From Chiloscyllium plagiosum (lineage: Eukaryota): 35,175 nt of DNA. The notes under the pieces were generated by a model that was given only the letters and a program-made list of their open reading frames with translations, had not been told where the DNA came from and did not search any database. Position numbers and translations under genes: made by a program. Shown here in pieces: positions 23,378-34,259 of this stretch. Location: NCBI RefSeq assembly GCF_004010195.1, contig NC_057758.1:3055307-3090481 (forward strand), in the 5' to 3' direction. The first letter of the stretch is position 1. Every line of letters starts with the position of its first letter.

Positions 23378-23565
23378 CCTTGAGAATGTACAACACTCAG
23401 TGACGGAACCAGAACTAGCACAGAGGAGCACCATATTTGATACATATGCTGTCGCTTTATAGGATGAGATGTCGTACAGAAGCAAGTGAACACTTGATAC
23501 AGAATCAGGTGTAGAGCGATGGAATCTGCACCAGTGACCGAGATGTGGGTCATTTCATTAGGTGA

Positions 23566-24194
23566 TCAAAGTTTGGGTGAAGATTTGTAGCTCGGGTGCT
23601 CGTTGTTGTGGTTCTGTTCGCCGAGCTGGAAATTTTTGTTGCAAACGTTTCGTCCCCTGTCCAGGTGACATCCTCAGTGCTTGGGAGCCTCCTGTGAAGC
23701 GCTTCTGTGGTGTTTCCTCCGGCATTTATAGTGGTCTAATCCTGCCACTTCCGGTTGTCAGTTTCAGCTGTAGTGGCCGGTATATTGGGTCCAGGTCGAT
23801 TTGTTTGTTGATGAAGTTTGTGGATGAGTGCCATGCTTCTAGGAATTCCCTGGCTGTTCTTTGTTTGGCTTGCCCTATAATGGTAGTGTTGTCCCAGTCG
23901 AATTCATGTTGCTTGTCGTCTGCGTGTGTGGCTACTAAGGATAGCTGGTCGTGGTGTTTCGTGGCTAGTTGATGTTCATGGATGCGGATCGTTAGCTGTC
24001 TTCCTGTTTGTCCTATATAGTGTTTTGTGCAGTCCTTGCATGAGACTTTGTACACTACATTAGTTTTGCTCATGCTGGGTATAGGGTCCTTCGTTCTGGT
24101 GAGTTGTTGTCTGAGGGTGGCTGTTGGTTTGTGTGCTGTTATAAGTCCTAGTGGTCGCAGTAGTCTGGCTGCCAGTTCTGAAATGCTCCTGATG
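23566..24194 (-). mobile_element. 5'-truncated Penelope-like element (same family as 7118-7925), GIY-YIG region open
   Basis: 159-aa ORF 23726-24205 with VVYKVSCKDCTKHYIGQTGRQLTIRIHEH...REFLEAWHS. 12-bp TSD TAGGTGATCAAA (23559-23570, 24195-24206), partly overlapping the element end. Confidence 0.93.
23641..23680 (-). ncRNA. Minimal hammerhead ribozyme motif in PLE pseudo-LTR
   Basis: The reverse complement reads GCA-CTGAGGA-T-GTCACCT-GGAC-AGGGGAC-GAAAC-GTT-TGC, with stem I GCA/TGC. Confidence 0.75.
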
Positions 24195-24257
24195 TAGGTG
24201 ATCAAATTATCTGTAAAAAAAAAGGAATCTCCATAGATTTCAGAGACAGTAAAGACT

Positions 24258-24545
24258 TTAAATCTTCTCGCTGTTTAATGCATTTAACAATTTGATTAAA
24301 AGACAGTTCAGCATATTCTTCAACTGCTCGTTGAAGTTAGTGTCAGTCTGAGCATAACGACAACATTTTTTGCAGCAACTCAGCAACTGCAGCACAAAAC
24401 CTATTTCACATACAAGGTCAGGCGTCCATGTGGGACTGAAACCAAAGAAATACATGCATCTCCATATCGGATAAACCAACAGCATTGTCCATAACAAGAC
24501 AAAATTCCCCGAGATAACAACAGTAAAACAGTTGGTTTTCTTCCA
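24258..24545 (-). pseudogene. GPR139-like: Truncated GPR139-like GPCR fragment (TM6, TM7, C-terminal tail)
   Basis: RKPTVLL, then a frameshift, then VISGNFVLLWTMLLVYPIWRCMY...EIGFVLQLLSCCKKCCRYAQTDTNFNEQLKNML. This aligns by eye with RKSIVLLFVQSANFILL*TMLMVYSLW...EIDFMLQLLSCCTNTLIYAVTQIMFRDQLKHML at 31765-32030. Confidence 0.85.
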
Positions 24546-24745
24546 TTATTCACGTTCATCTCCTTCTGTTCAGCTCGCGTGGCTAACATCACAAGTGATT
24601 GCACAACGTTACTGTGAGTCCTCAAAGACATTCTTCGAAGCACAAAGCAAATGGGTAACCTGAGAAATTAAAAGGTTTTCGCCGAAAAAAATCTACTGCT
24701 TTTGCAGCTAATTGGGGAGGTTAGCAGAGGGTGTTATTGCACTGC

Positions 24746-24784
24746 AATAGGTTTTGTGCTGCAGTTGCTGAGTTGCTGCAAAAA
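24746..24784 (+). repeat. 39-bp exact inverted copy of 24367-24405 (GPCR TM7 sequence)
   Basis: aataggttttgtgctgcagttgctgagttgctgcaaaaa is the exact reverse complement of 24367-24405. Confidence 0.95.
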
Positions 24785-24899
24785 CACAAGAAAACCAGAC
24801 AGAGAGAGAGAAAGTTTGAGATATATAAACCCTCATCCTTTGATCCATCACATTTTCATTCATTCATTCAAATTGTGTCCCATTGCAGGCAGATGATCT

Positions 24900-25362
24900 G
24901 TCTCTCATGCACGCATGCACACGAACAGAGACACAGACATATATGCATACACCCAAGCAGAGGCACAGACACAGCTACATACAGTGGCACGCAAGCATAC
25001 ACGGCCAGAAAAATCACAATTGTATGTGCGCATACATAACCAAATATACTCACACCAACAGGCACTCACAGACACATACATATAAACAGACAGACACTCA
25101 GTGTGTCTCGGCATGTTATCAGTGAAGAAGCCAATCGCTTTAATAAACTCAAGTTTATTTCCCTATCTATGTATGTCTTCAATTGGTGCTCAGGCAGGCA
25201 GAGAGCTTTAGATTAATCGTATTTTAATTCATTCGTTCAAAATACACCTTATTTCTATCTATCTCTCTTTCTCTCTGTCTCTTTCACTTCTCTCTCACAG
25301 TCACACACACGTACATCAAGACACACATACAAGCGCATACACACACACACACACACACACAC
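24900..25362. repeat. CA/CT-rich low-complexity region ending in (CA)n
   Basis: Degenerate CA repeats, with a pure (CA)n at about 25339-25362. Confidence 0.8.
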
Positions 25363-25364
25363 TA

Positions 25365-25756
25365 CATGTATGAAGAGAGGTTGGCGAAGCTCATGGTGAT
25401 TCCTTTGGACCCGATTGAGTGGAATCCTGTTTAAAGTGTATTTGATTTGGAGAGTTAAGATGCAACCGCTTCGCTTAATCGGTTTTTCAAGAACAAAGAT
25501 AGCGTCATTTTGTGGAGAAGGGCAGGTAGATCAACAGGATTGATGGAATACTTCTGAACTCAGAGAGTGATGGAGTTCCAGAATGCTTTGTGCGGGAGGA
25601 TAGCTGAGGCAGGAAAACAACAACCTTTAAACAAAAAGAAACACGTGCAGTCCCATGCCTGGTGTGGGAAAGTGAGCTCATGTAGTTTTAGTGCATGTTT
25701 GGCAGCAGATACCTGAAGGGCTGAAGGGTTTCTTCGGAAGTCTGTGACTCCATGAA
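25365..25756 (+). mobile_element. Very old CR1 3'-end fragment
   Basis: tatgaagagaggttggcgaagct (YEERLAKL), actcagagagtgatggagttccagaatgct (TQRV..NA) and a gggctgaagggt...tgtgactccatg tail. Confidence 0.55.
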
Positions 25757-25899
25757 TTCGTGGTTCTGCCTGAGGTTTCAGGAATCACATCAGATCCAGT
25801 CTCTGTGCAAAATAATGAGTATTTTAGAAATTTGACAATGAACAAAGAAGTCATTTCAGTCATCGTGTATTCACTGACTCCTAAAAGGGATACCCAGCT

Positions 25900-26410
25900 A
25901 GTCCAACTCTGCAGCCGTCTCTCTATCGCCTTCTCCATTCATCACTTCCAAATAAATCTGAAATTCTCTTCTTAAATCTCCTATTGAATCCACCACCACC
26001 ACGCTCCCTGGCAGTGCATTCCAATTGCTAACAACTCTGAGTAATAGCACCTTAATGGTACAACATGGGGGCAGCGTAGAAGCTGAGCGACCTGGGGATT
26101 TATGTCCATATTTTCGGAAAGTGGCTCAGCAGTTTGAAGCATTTGTTAAGAAGGACATTGTAAATCCTAACAACTCTCGGCTACAGAGCTTTCTACTTGC
26201 CTCACTCCTTGCTCTCTTGCTAACAGTCTTGAAATTATAATCCCATTTACTGACCTGCCAACAACTGGAAACAAAATATCCTTCTTTACACCGCCAATAT
26301 TATTCAGAAATTTCAATACCTCAATGAAGTTACATCTTCTCTGCTCCGAGGAGAACAAGCCCAATTTCTCTGGTCTCTCCTTCTGTATAAAATCCTGCAT
26401 CCTTGGTAGT
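25900..26410 (-). mobile_element. Old CR1 3'-end fragment
   Basis: ORF piece ERPEKLGLFSSEQRRCNFIEVLKFL...LFPVVGRS parallels DRLSVLGLFSLERRRMRGDLIELYKMI. Confidence 0.7.
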
Positions 26411-27404
26411 TAGTACGCACTGACGTTACTGAGCACCGGCGGTGGATGGGGTGACTTTGTTTGGGAAGTCACTTACTCGCACAATCCTTCCAAGCCTCAG
26501 ACCTGCTTTTGTCACCTTTGTGTTTGTGTGGCAATATTTGTGCTGCATTCAGTTTCAGATCAAGAGTAACGCAGAGAACATTAATAGAACGTGTTCTGAG
26601 GTGGAGAGAAGCTCCTGTCTTCAATAGCGTGAATTTGAGTCTTCTTGACGACAGCTCCCCATGTGTGTTAGAACAGCCCTGCTGGTAGACATGTTTCAGG
26701 AACTGTATTCATTGATAACTGGGGAGTGTTATAGGGTTACGCGTCAGAAAGTTATGTCATTTGAAGGAAATTTGCAATCTTTAATGTTAACTCACTGACA
26801 TATTTCCCCTTCCCATTTAAGTGATTTCCAAATGTTGATTCTCAGTAAATATTAGTTCCCTTGTGCCAGGATATTCTGCACTATCCAGATAATTCTGTAA
26901 TGGTGTTGTAGATGGGGTGATGTTGGGGCGACTCAAGACCAACGTTGACAAAATGGTTGCTTGATGGTTTTCCAAATAACACAAGATGGCTGAAAGTGTC
27001 TGTCAGTTAAATGCAGCAGACAGGCGCAACTAAACTTGCTGTCTTTATATGAATGCATTAGAGAAGATGAGATTCTCCCTTGGAAGAAACATTAGGGAGG
27101 TTATTCAGCTCTCCACAGACAGGAGTTCTCATTATATAGAATTTAAAAAGGGACTTTTCTGAAAGGCAGAGTTTAACAGCTGTGCAAACTTTGATATTTA
27201 CTAAAACGTAGAAGGAGCGGTCTGATGCTACTGTGTTCAGAACTGTTTAGGTAATTGTAAAATTAGGAAGGCAAAGAGCAAGTTAAATGCGCAATTGCAT
27301 TCCTTAAGGAAACGTTTATCGGCAATAAAGAGTACTAATATACTGAACGGGACGATAACTTACTGAATCATGTAAATACGATTTCGAACAATAACAAAGG
27401 ATGG

Positions 27405-30170
27405 TTAAACATGGGACTGAGATATAATTTCAATTACAGAAACATTGTTCATGGATGGACAGGACTGGCAGCTTAAAGTTGCAGCGTGCAAATGCTACAG
27501 GAAGGACAGAAAGGGAGGCAAGAGAGGAAGGGGTGTGGCGTCTTTGATAAGGGATAACATTACAGCTGTACGTAGGGAGGGTATTACCGGAAATACATCC
27601 AGGAACGTTATTTGGGTGGAACTGAGAAATAAGAAAGGGATGATCACCTTATTGGGATTGTATTACGGATCATATAACAGTCAGTGGGATGTTGAGAATT
27701 AAATTTGAAAGGAGATCTCAGTTATCTGAAAGAATAACAGGGTGGTTATGGTTGGGGATTTTAACTTTCCAAACATAGACAGGGACTGCCATATTGTTAA
27801 TGGTTTAAATGGAGAAGAATTTGTTAAGTTTATGCAAGAGAAGACTCTGATCCAGTATGTGGAATTGCCAACAAGAGAAGGTGCAAAGCTACTCTTGGGA
27901 AATAATGCAGGGCAGGGGACTGAGGTGTGAATGAGGCAGAACTTTTGGCCCAGCGACGATATTTCTATTAGTTTTAGAATAGGGATGGAAAAGGATAGAC
28001 CAGATCTAAAAGTTGAATTTCTAAATTGGGCGAAGGCCAATTCTAACAGTATTAAGCAAAAACTTTCAAATGCTGATTGGGCAGATGTTCACAAGCTAAG
28101 AGACGGCTGGAAAATGGGAAGTCTTCATACATGAGATAATGGGAGTCCAGAGAAAGCATATTTTTGTTGTGGTGATAGAAAAGGCTGGTAAGCAAAGGGA
28201 ATATGGATTACTGAATAAATTGAGGTTTGATTAAGAAAAAAAAGGAAACATGTAGCAGGTATTGACAGGATAGATCGAGTGAATCCTTAGAAGAGTATAA
28301 AGGCAGTCGTAGTATAGTCAAGAGAGAAATCAAGAGGCCAAAAAGGGGGCATGAGATAGTTTTGCCAAATAGAATTAAGGAGAATCCAAAAGCTTTGTGC
28401 AAATACATTTAGGGCAAAATGATAACCAGGGAGAGAATAGGGCCCCTCAAAGGTCAGCAAGGTGGCATTTCTGTGGAGCTGTAGGAGATGGGGCAGACTC
28501 TAAACGAGTACTTTGCATCAGTATTTACTGTGGAAAATGTCATGGAAGATATAGAAAGTGGGAGAATAGATGGTGACATCTCAAAATATGTCCATATTAA
28601 AGAGGGGGGAAGGGCTGGATGTCTTGAAATGCATAAAAATGGATAAATCCCCCAGATCTGATCAAGTGTATCCTAGAACTCTGTGGGAAGCTAGGGAAGA
28701 GTTTGCTGGACTCTTACTGTGATATTTGTATCATCATTAGTCACCAGTGAGGTGGCGAAAAACTGGAGGTTGGCTAACGTCGAGCGACTGTTTAAGAACG
28801 TTACTAAGGACAAGAGAGGGCATTATACACCAGTGCCCTTGGCGTCGGTGGCGGGCAGGTTGTTGCAGGGAATCCTTAAGGGCAGAATGTACATGTATTT
28901 GTAAATGTAAAGACTGATGATGGATAGTCAACATGTCTTTACGTAGGAACTCATGTCTCACAAACTTGATTGAGCTTTTTGAAGAAGGAACAAATATGAT
29001 TGACGAGAGGAGAAGGGTGGACGTGATCTATATGGACTTTAGTAAGGCATTCGAGAAGGTTCCCCATGGGAGACTGGTTAGCAATGGAGAACTAGCCGTT
29101 TAGTTACATACCTGGTTCAACGGTAGAAGACAGAGGGTGATAGTGGAGGGTTGTTTTTCAGACTGGAGGCCTGTGACCAGTGGAGTGCCACAAGGATTGC
29201 TGCTGGGTATAGTACTTTTCATCATTTCTGTAAATGATTTGGATGTGAGCATAAGAGGTATAGTTAGTAAGTTTGCAGATGATACTACAATTTGAGGTGT
29301 AATGGACAGTGAAGAAGGTTACCTCAGGCTTCAACGGGATCTTGATCAGATGGGCCAATAGACTGAGAAGTGGCAGGTGGAGTTTAATTTAGATAAATGC
29401 GAGCAGCTGCATTTGGGGAAAGCAAATCTTAGCAGGACTGAAGCACTTAATGGTAAGGTCCTGGGGAGTGTTGCTGAACAAAGAGCTCTTGGAGTGCAGG
29501 TTCATAGCTTCTTGAAAGTGGAATCGCAATTAGATGCGTTGGTGAAGAAGGCGCTTCCTGTGCTTCAATTTGTTGTTCAGAGTAATGAGTACAGGCGTTG
29601 GGAGGTCATGTTGCGGCTATAGAGGACATTGGTTACGCCACTGCTGGAATATTGTGTGCAATTCTGGTCTCCTTCCTATCGGAAACATGTTGTGAAACTT
29701 GAAAAGGTTCCGAAAATCCAAGGATGTTGCCAGGATTGGCGGATTTGAGATTTGGGGAGATGTTCAATAGGCTAGGGCTGTTTTCCTTGGAACGTCGGAG
29801 ACTGAGGGGTGACCTTATAGATGTTTATAAAATCATGAGGGGCATGGATAGGATTCATAGACAAAGTCTTTTCCGTTGTGTAGGGGAGACCAGCAGTAGA
29901 GGGCATAGGTTTAGGGTGAGAGGGGAGAGATATAAAACAGCCCGAAGGGGCAACCTTTTCACACAGAGGGTGGTACGTGTACGGAATAAGCTGCCAAATG
30001 AAGTGGTGGAGGCTAGTGAAGGCATCTGGATGGGTATATGAATAGGAAGATTTTGGAGTGATATGGGCCAAGTGCTGGCAGGTGGGACTAATTTGGGTTG
30101 GAATATCTGGTCGGACTGGACGAGTTGGACCGAAGGGTTTGTTTTCGTGCTGTACATCTCTATGACTCAA
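27405..30170 (+). mobile_element. CR1 LINE, ORF2 (EN to RT) and 3' end, degenerate
   Basis: GQDWQLKV...RKDRKGGKRGRGVASLIRD, VGDFNFPNID, DFSKAFEKVPHG, FADD (about 29272-29283) and LGLFSLERRRLRGDLI; tail tctatgactc. Confidence 0.93.
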
Positions 30171-31145
30171 CTACTCTCTAAATGGGGCAGAGAGTGAGGG
30201 TTGGCCGCATGGTGACTGTAGGCAGCAGAAATCATGACTCGGCAAATATTAGTATTTGGGAACTTAAGTGCAGATGTTGATAATTCGACCAAATTTGTAC
30301 ATCCGAAGATGGAGGTAACACGAAAGGACAATATATAAAATACGGAATGATGTCGTGGTTGTCCCATTTTTTTGTGGTTCTGAATGGGTTTCGTTTAATG
30401 GCTTAAGAAAGTAGCAAAATGTTAGAATGTCACTCTTTCCCGTGGAATTCCTAAAGATTTTTCTGTTTAGAAAACAGATTTAGTAATTTAGAGTATTTGG
30501 AGAGAGAACAGCAAAGATATATTTTAAAATGAAACGTCAGCTTAACAGGAGTTAAGTAACACGGGTCAGAAAATGAAGTTGTAAGTCAGAGAGCCTGTTG
30601 CTTTTTTGTCTCAAGCTGAAGTTAGAGAGTTATTGTTCTCCACTTGTCAACTATAGATTATATTATTGTTGATTTATAGAATTGATAACAATTGATAGAA
30701 TTTAATGTCCTTCTTAATCTGCCATTCTCAAGTTAGTACAGAAATTGGAAAGAGTTCTTCCTGAAAAACAGATATTGAGCTTATTGGTCAAAATTCTGAA
30801 TTTCGCTGGGGTATCCAAAGCATCATTGACTTTCCGCTCTGAGCTGCCATAAGAGAGAATTTCTGCTTCATTTGAAAGCTGGATAGACTGTAGCTACTGG
30901 CCTCTGTTACATATGTGGAAATAAAGTTTTGAAGGAGCTAAGGAACGCAGGACTAAAGGCTCCACTATCATATTTCTCCCCAAAATAGATCTTCTTGCTA
31001 TTTGATTTTGAGCTTCTCCAGTGTTATAGAAGTTGCACTCATCCATGCAAGGAGTGAGACACCTTGGTGTTCAAAGTTTGTGAGAAGATTTGTAGCTCGG
31101 GTGCTCGTTGCTGTGGTTCTGTTCGCCGAGCTGGAAGTTTTTGTT

Positions 31146-31185
31146 GCAAACGTTTCGTCCCCTGTCTAGGTGACATCCTCAGTGC
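31146..31185 (-). ncRNA. Minimal hammerhead ribozyme motif
   Basis: The reverse complement reads GCA-CTGAGGA-T-GTCACCT-AGAC-AGGGGAC-GAAAC-GTT-TGC. Confidence 0.72.
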
Positions 31186-31419
31186 CATACTTTTGTTGAT
31201 GGAGTTTGTGGATGAGTGCCATGCTGTTGATGGAGTTTGTGGATGAGTGCCATGCTACTCATGGCACTCATCCACAAACTCCATCAACAAACACATCGAC
31301 CTGGACAATATACCGGCCACTACAGCGGACAGCTGAAACTGACAACCGGAAGCGGCAGGGACAGGCCACTATAAATGCCGGAGGAAACACTACAGAAGCG
31401 CTTCACAGAAGGCTCCCAA

Positions 31420-31459
31420 GCACTGAGGATGTCACCTAGACAGGGGACGAAACGTTTGC
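31420..31459 (+). ncRNA. Minimal hammerhead ribozyme motif
   Basis: GCA-CTGAGGA-T-GTCACCT-AGAC-AGGGGAC-GAAAC-GTT-TGC; predicted cleavage after 31456. Confidence 0.72.
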
Positions 31460-31764
31460 AACAAAAACTTCCAGCTCGGCGAACAGAACCACAGCAACAC
31501 CTTGGTGTGAGTGGCAGTCAGGGGGTAAGTTACTTTTTTTTATAGAATACATGGGCTTCCTGATAATATCGCAGCCAAAGCGTGGATGCCATTGACTCAG
31601 TAAAATGTCTGATCAATGGTAACACCTGGTATTTTCTCAACAGCTATTGACGCATAAAAATCCAATTGAGAGCCTGAGGGAGATACTGCAAGTATCTACT
31701 GGAAATGTTTCATTTATAAAGTCAAGTGAGAATCAGTCCAATCTTATTCTGTGTTTTTTTATGC

Positions 31765-32649
31765 TCATCGCCTCATCGAACATATTGCATGATATTTCAG
31801 CATGTGTTTCAACTGATCTCGGAACATAATCTGTGTTACAGCATAAATAAGAGTGTTTGTGCAGCAACTCAGGAGCTGCAGCATGAAATCTATTTCATGT
31901 ACAATTTCAGACGTCCAAAATGATACATCACTGAATAAATACATTTGCTCCCATAGGGAATAGACCATTAACATTGTTCACAACAATATAAAATTAGCTG
32001 ACTGTACAAATAGTAAAACAATGGATTTCCTTCGACTCTGCACTTCTGGATCTTTGGGATTCTTCTCGCTTCTGTAGGCCCGAAGTCTCCTGCGCGCTCT
32101 ACTGGCTTTTAAAATGTGTTTGACAGTGAAAGCATTCAGAAACAGAATCAAGACAAATGGAACACATGGGGTCAGAATGTAATGCAGAAAATCAATTATT
32201 GTCCACAACAATGTCATGGCAATAGCCCCTTCTGTATAACAAAACCAGCGAGCTCTATCAAGAATGTACGTACATGAAGCACCAGAAAATATTCTTTCAG
32301 CAGCTCAGTACTGCTACTGTTCCCAGAACCATAGCTGCTGTTCTCTCATTGAAATATTTACGTTTCAGCTTCTGATAACACATGGCCACAGATCGATCAA
32401 AGGTGAAAGTGGCGGTGAACCAGACAGAACAGTCAGTGGCTGCATAAAGCAGGATGGCGTGGATATTGCACACAGGGATGGAATACAGGAAATAAAACTG
32501 CTCCTGATAAACAATCGGAATGAGTCTCAATACCACGTCGACGACAATGGCCAGTAGATCCGCCACTGCCATGGCCTCCAGGCAACGACTGACTGATCCA
32601 GAGAGACCACGTGATCTGCGAAAGAGGATGAGAATCGCCATGATATTAG
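31765..32649 (-). pseudogene. GPR139-like: GPR139/GPR142-like class A GPCR, complete large second coding exon, disrupted
   Basis: A splice acceptor ctctcaccctcgcAG (AG at 32651-32650) precedes a phase-1 (A)NIMAILIL, as in GPR139 exon 2 (ANILTVIIL). Motifs: TM2 LEAMAVADLL, TM3 CSVWFTATFTFDRSVAMC, TM5 LTPCVPFVLILFLNAFTVKHI, TM6 RRKSIVLL and TM7 LQLLSCCTNTLIYAVTQ. Lesions: TGA at 32297-32299, a frameshift at about 32258-32275 and TGA at 31978-31980. Confidence 0.9.
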
Positions 32650-32915
32650 CTGCGAGGGTGAGAGGTACATGCCTGTTACTTTATTCCCTTTATGCCCTCG
32701 ACAATGATTTATTTTCAAAATTCCATCATTTTCGCACACTTCCCAGAAATCAATAATTCACTGAGTATTTAGTTGCCTCTCTGTATTCTCGAAGTATTGT
32801 CTACAAACCCTGAATTATTCTAATAAACTCGGGCAAAGAAGACACCAAGAAATGAGTTTATTGATCGATAAAGAGAATGGATAGGATAATTCATAGGAGA
32901 CAGTGGTTTCCGGTT

Positions 32916-33037
32916 GAATGGCTTTTGCCCGAAACGTCGATTTTCCTGTTCCTTGGATGCAACCTGACCAGCTGTGCTTTTCCAGCACCACTCTAATACA
33001 GGCTCGGGTTTCCATCATCTGCAGTCCTCTCTTTTAC
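32916..33037 (+). mobile_element. Single PLE pseudo-LTR fragment (hammerhead 5' core missing)
   Basis: gaatggcttttgcccgaaacgtcgattttcctg...ccagcaccact...catctgcagtc matches 17226-17345. Confidence 0.85.
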
Positions 33038-33449
33038 TGTTGTGATATTATACCGATTCATAATCATTTCGAGGATGTAGTGAATGCTTTTCCTTATGAT
33101 TACACTTTCAATAAAGCTTTTCTAAAGTGGTCAGTTCAGTTGTTATTCTGGTCTCTGCTTTGAGGTTCTGAACGTTAAGGTCTTGATGGAGTATCCTTAC
33201 TTCACAGTGTTAATGTTTTGCTTTGGAAAAGCGAGGATATCCGTTATCCATGGTTTGCTGTGATTCACCTTAAATGTCAGTACTCACAAGACACATTTCT
33301 AAGAATTGTCTATAGCTTGCAGTTAATGTTATGCCAGCCATTCCTTGGTAAAAACACAAAACGAGCACCTCTCAACGATATTGAGAGTGTTTTTTTGTTT
33401 TAGGGAATGAAGGACTGACCTGAGAATCTGAAAGCGATCAAACTTAAGC

Positions 33450-34010
33450 TCATAGTATTGGAATTGTGCATCACAGAAAGAGGCCTATCAGTTCAACTCG
33501 TCTATGCTGACCAGATAAACCAAATTAAACCAGTCGCATATGCCAGCATTTCGGCCAAACACCTGCAAAACTTCTATTTGTGCAGTCATGCAGATGCATT
33601 TTAAGTATTGTAATTGCACTAATTTCCACAACGTCATCTGAAAGCCCATTCTATATATTCACACACTGCCCCCTACAACTTCTTTTTCTGTACCTCCTCG
33701 ACCCCACCACAAACGCTGAAGAAGGATTACACCCGAAACGTCGACTTCTCCACTTCCTGATGCTGCTTAGCTTGCTGTGCTCTTCCAGCCTCCTGCCATT
33801 CCATACACGCAGCATCCTCTGCGTGATTAAAAAAAAGTCCCTGGTGTCCCTTTTAACTATGTAAACTTTCACCTTGAAATTGTTTCCTCTACTTTTCAAT
33901 TTCTTACCCACTGAGAAAATGGGCTTGGCTGGTCACTTTATTCGTGACTGTCATGGTTTTAAAAAAAGATCCACAAGGTAATCCTCAGCATTCAAAGCTC
34001 CAGCCTTTAT
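33450..34010 (-). mobile_element. Old CR1 3'-end fragment interrupted by a PLE-derived piece
   Basis: KSRGNNFKVKV...RDTRDFFLITQRMLRVWN on the minus strand. The 3' UTR at about 33465-33580 resembles the reverse complement of 30040-30165. Confidence 0.7.
33665..33797 (+). mobile_element. PLE-derived fragment with a variant hammerhead core
   Basis: CTGAAGA (33716-33722), A, GGAT-TAC-ACCC, GAAAC-GTC, followed by the pLTR-like gatgctgc...gctgtgctcttccagc. Confidence 0.7.
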
Positions 34011-34259
34011 TAATAGCTTAAATACCTCAACTTGTAATGGTTATCCGAACCCTTAACACCACGAGGTTAACGGTGTCCTCCACTATCCCATTTGTTGGCT
34101 TTATGATCAAAACACGATGAGAAAATTGAATTCTCAGTGAACAGCATAGACGTAAAATATTTGACTTGAAATACAATAGAAATCCTGGTTAGTACAGTAA
34201 ATTCCCAAACAACAATCTATTTAGTTATTTGCACACTTCTACCCTATCTATAGTTTTCA

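Larger units (their letters stand above)
31071..31496. mobile_element. Rearranged short PLE: inverted pseudo-LTR, tandem 31-mers and a sense 3' end
   Basis: 12-bp TSD ACACCTTGGTGT (31059-31070, 31497-31508). Minus-strand pLTR at 31071-31185, 31-bp tandem units at 31194-31224 and 31225-31255, and plus-strand element at 31260-31496. Confidence 0.92.

Noticed and set aside
31194..31290. 31-bp repeats resembling a CRISPR array
   Set aside because: No spacers, only two tandem copies plus an inversion, derived from PLE coding sequence in a vertebrate context.
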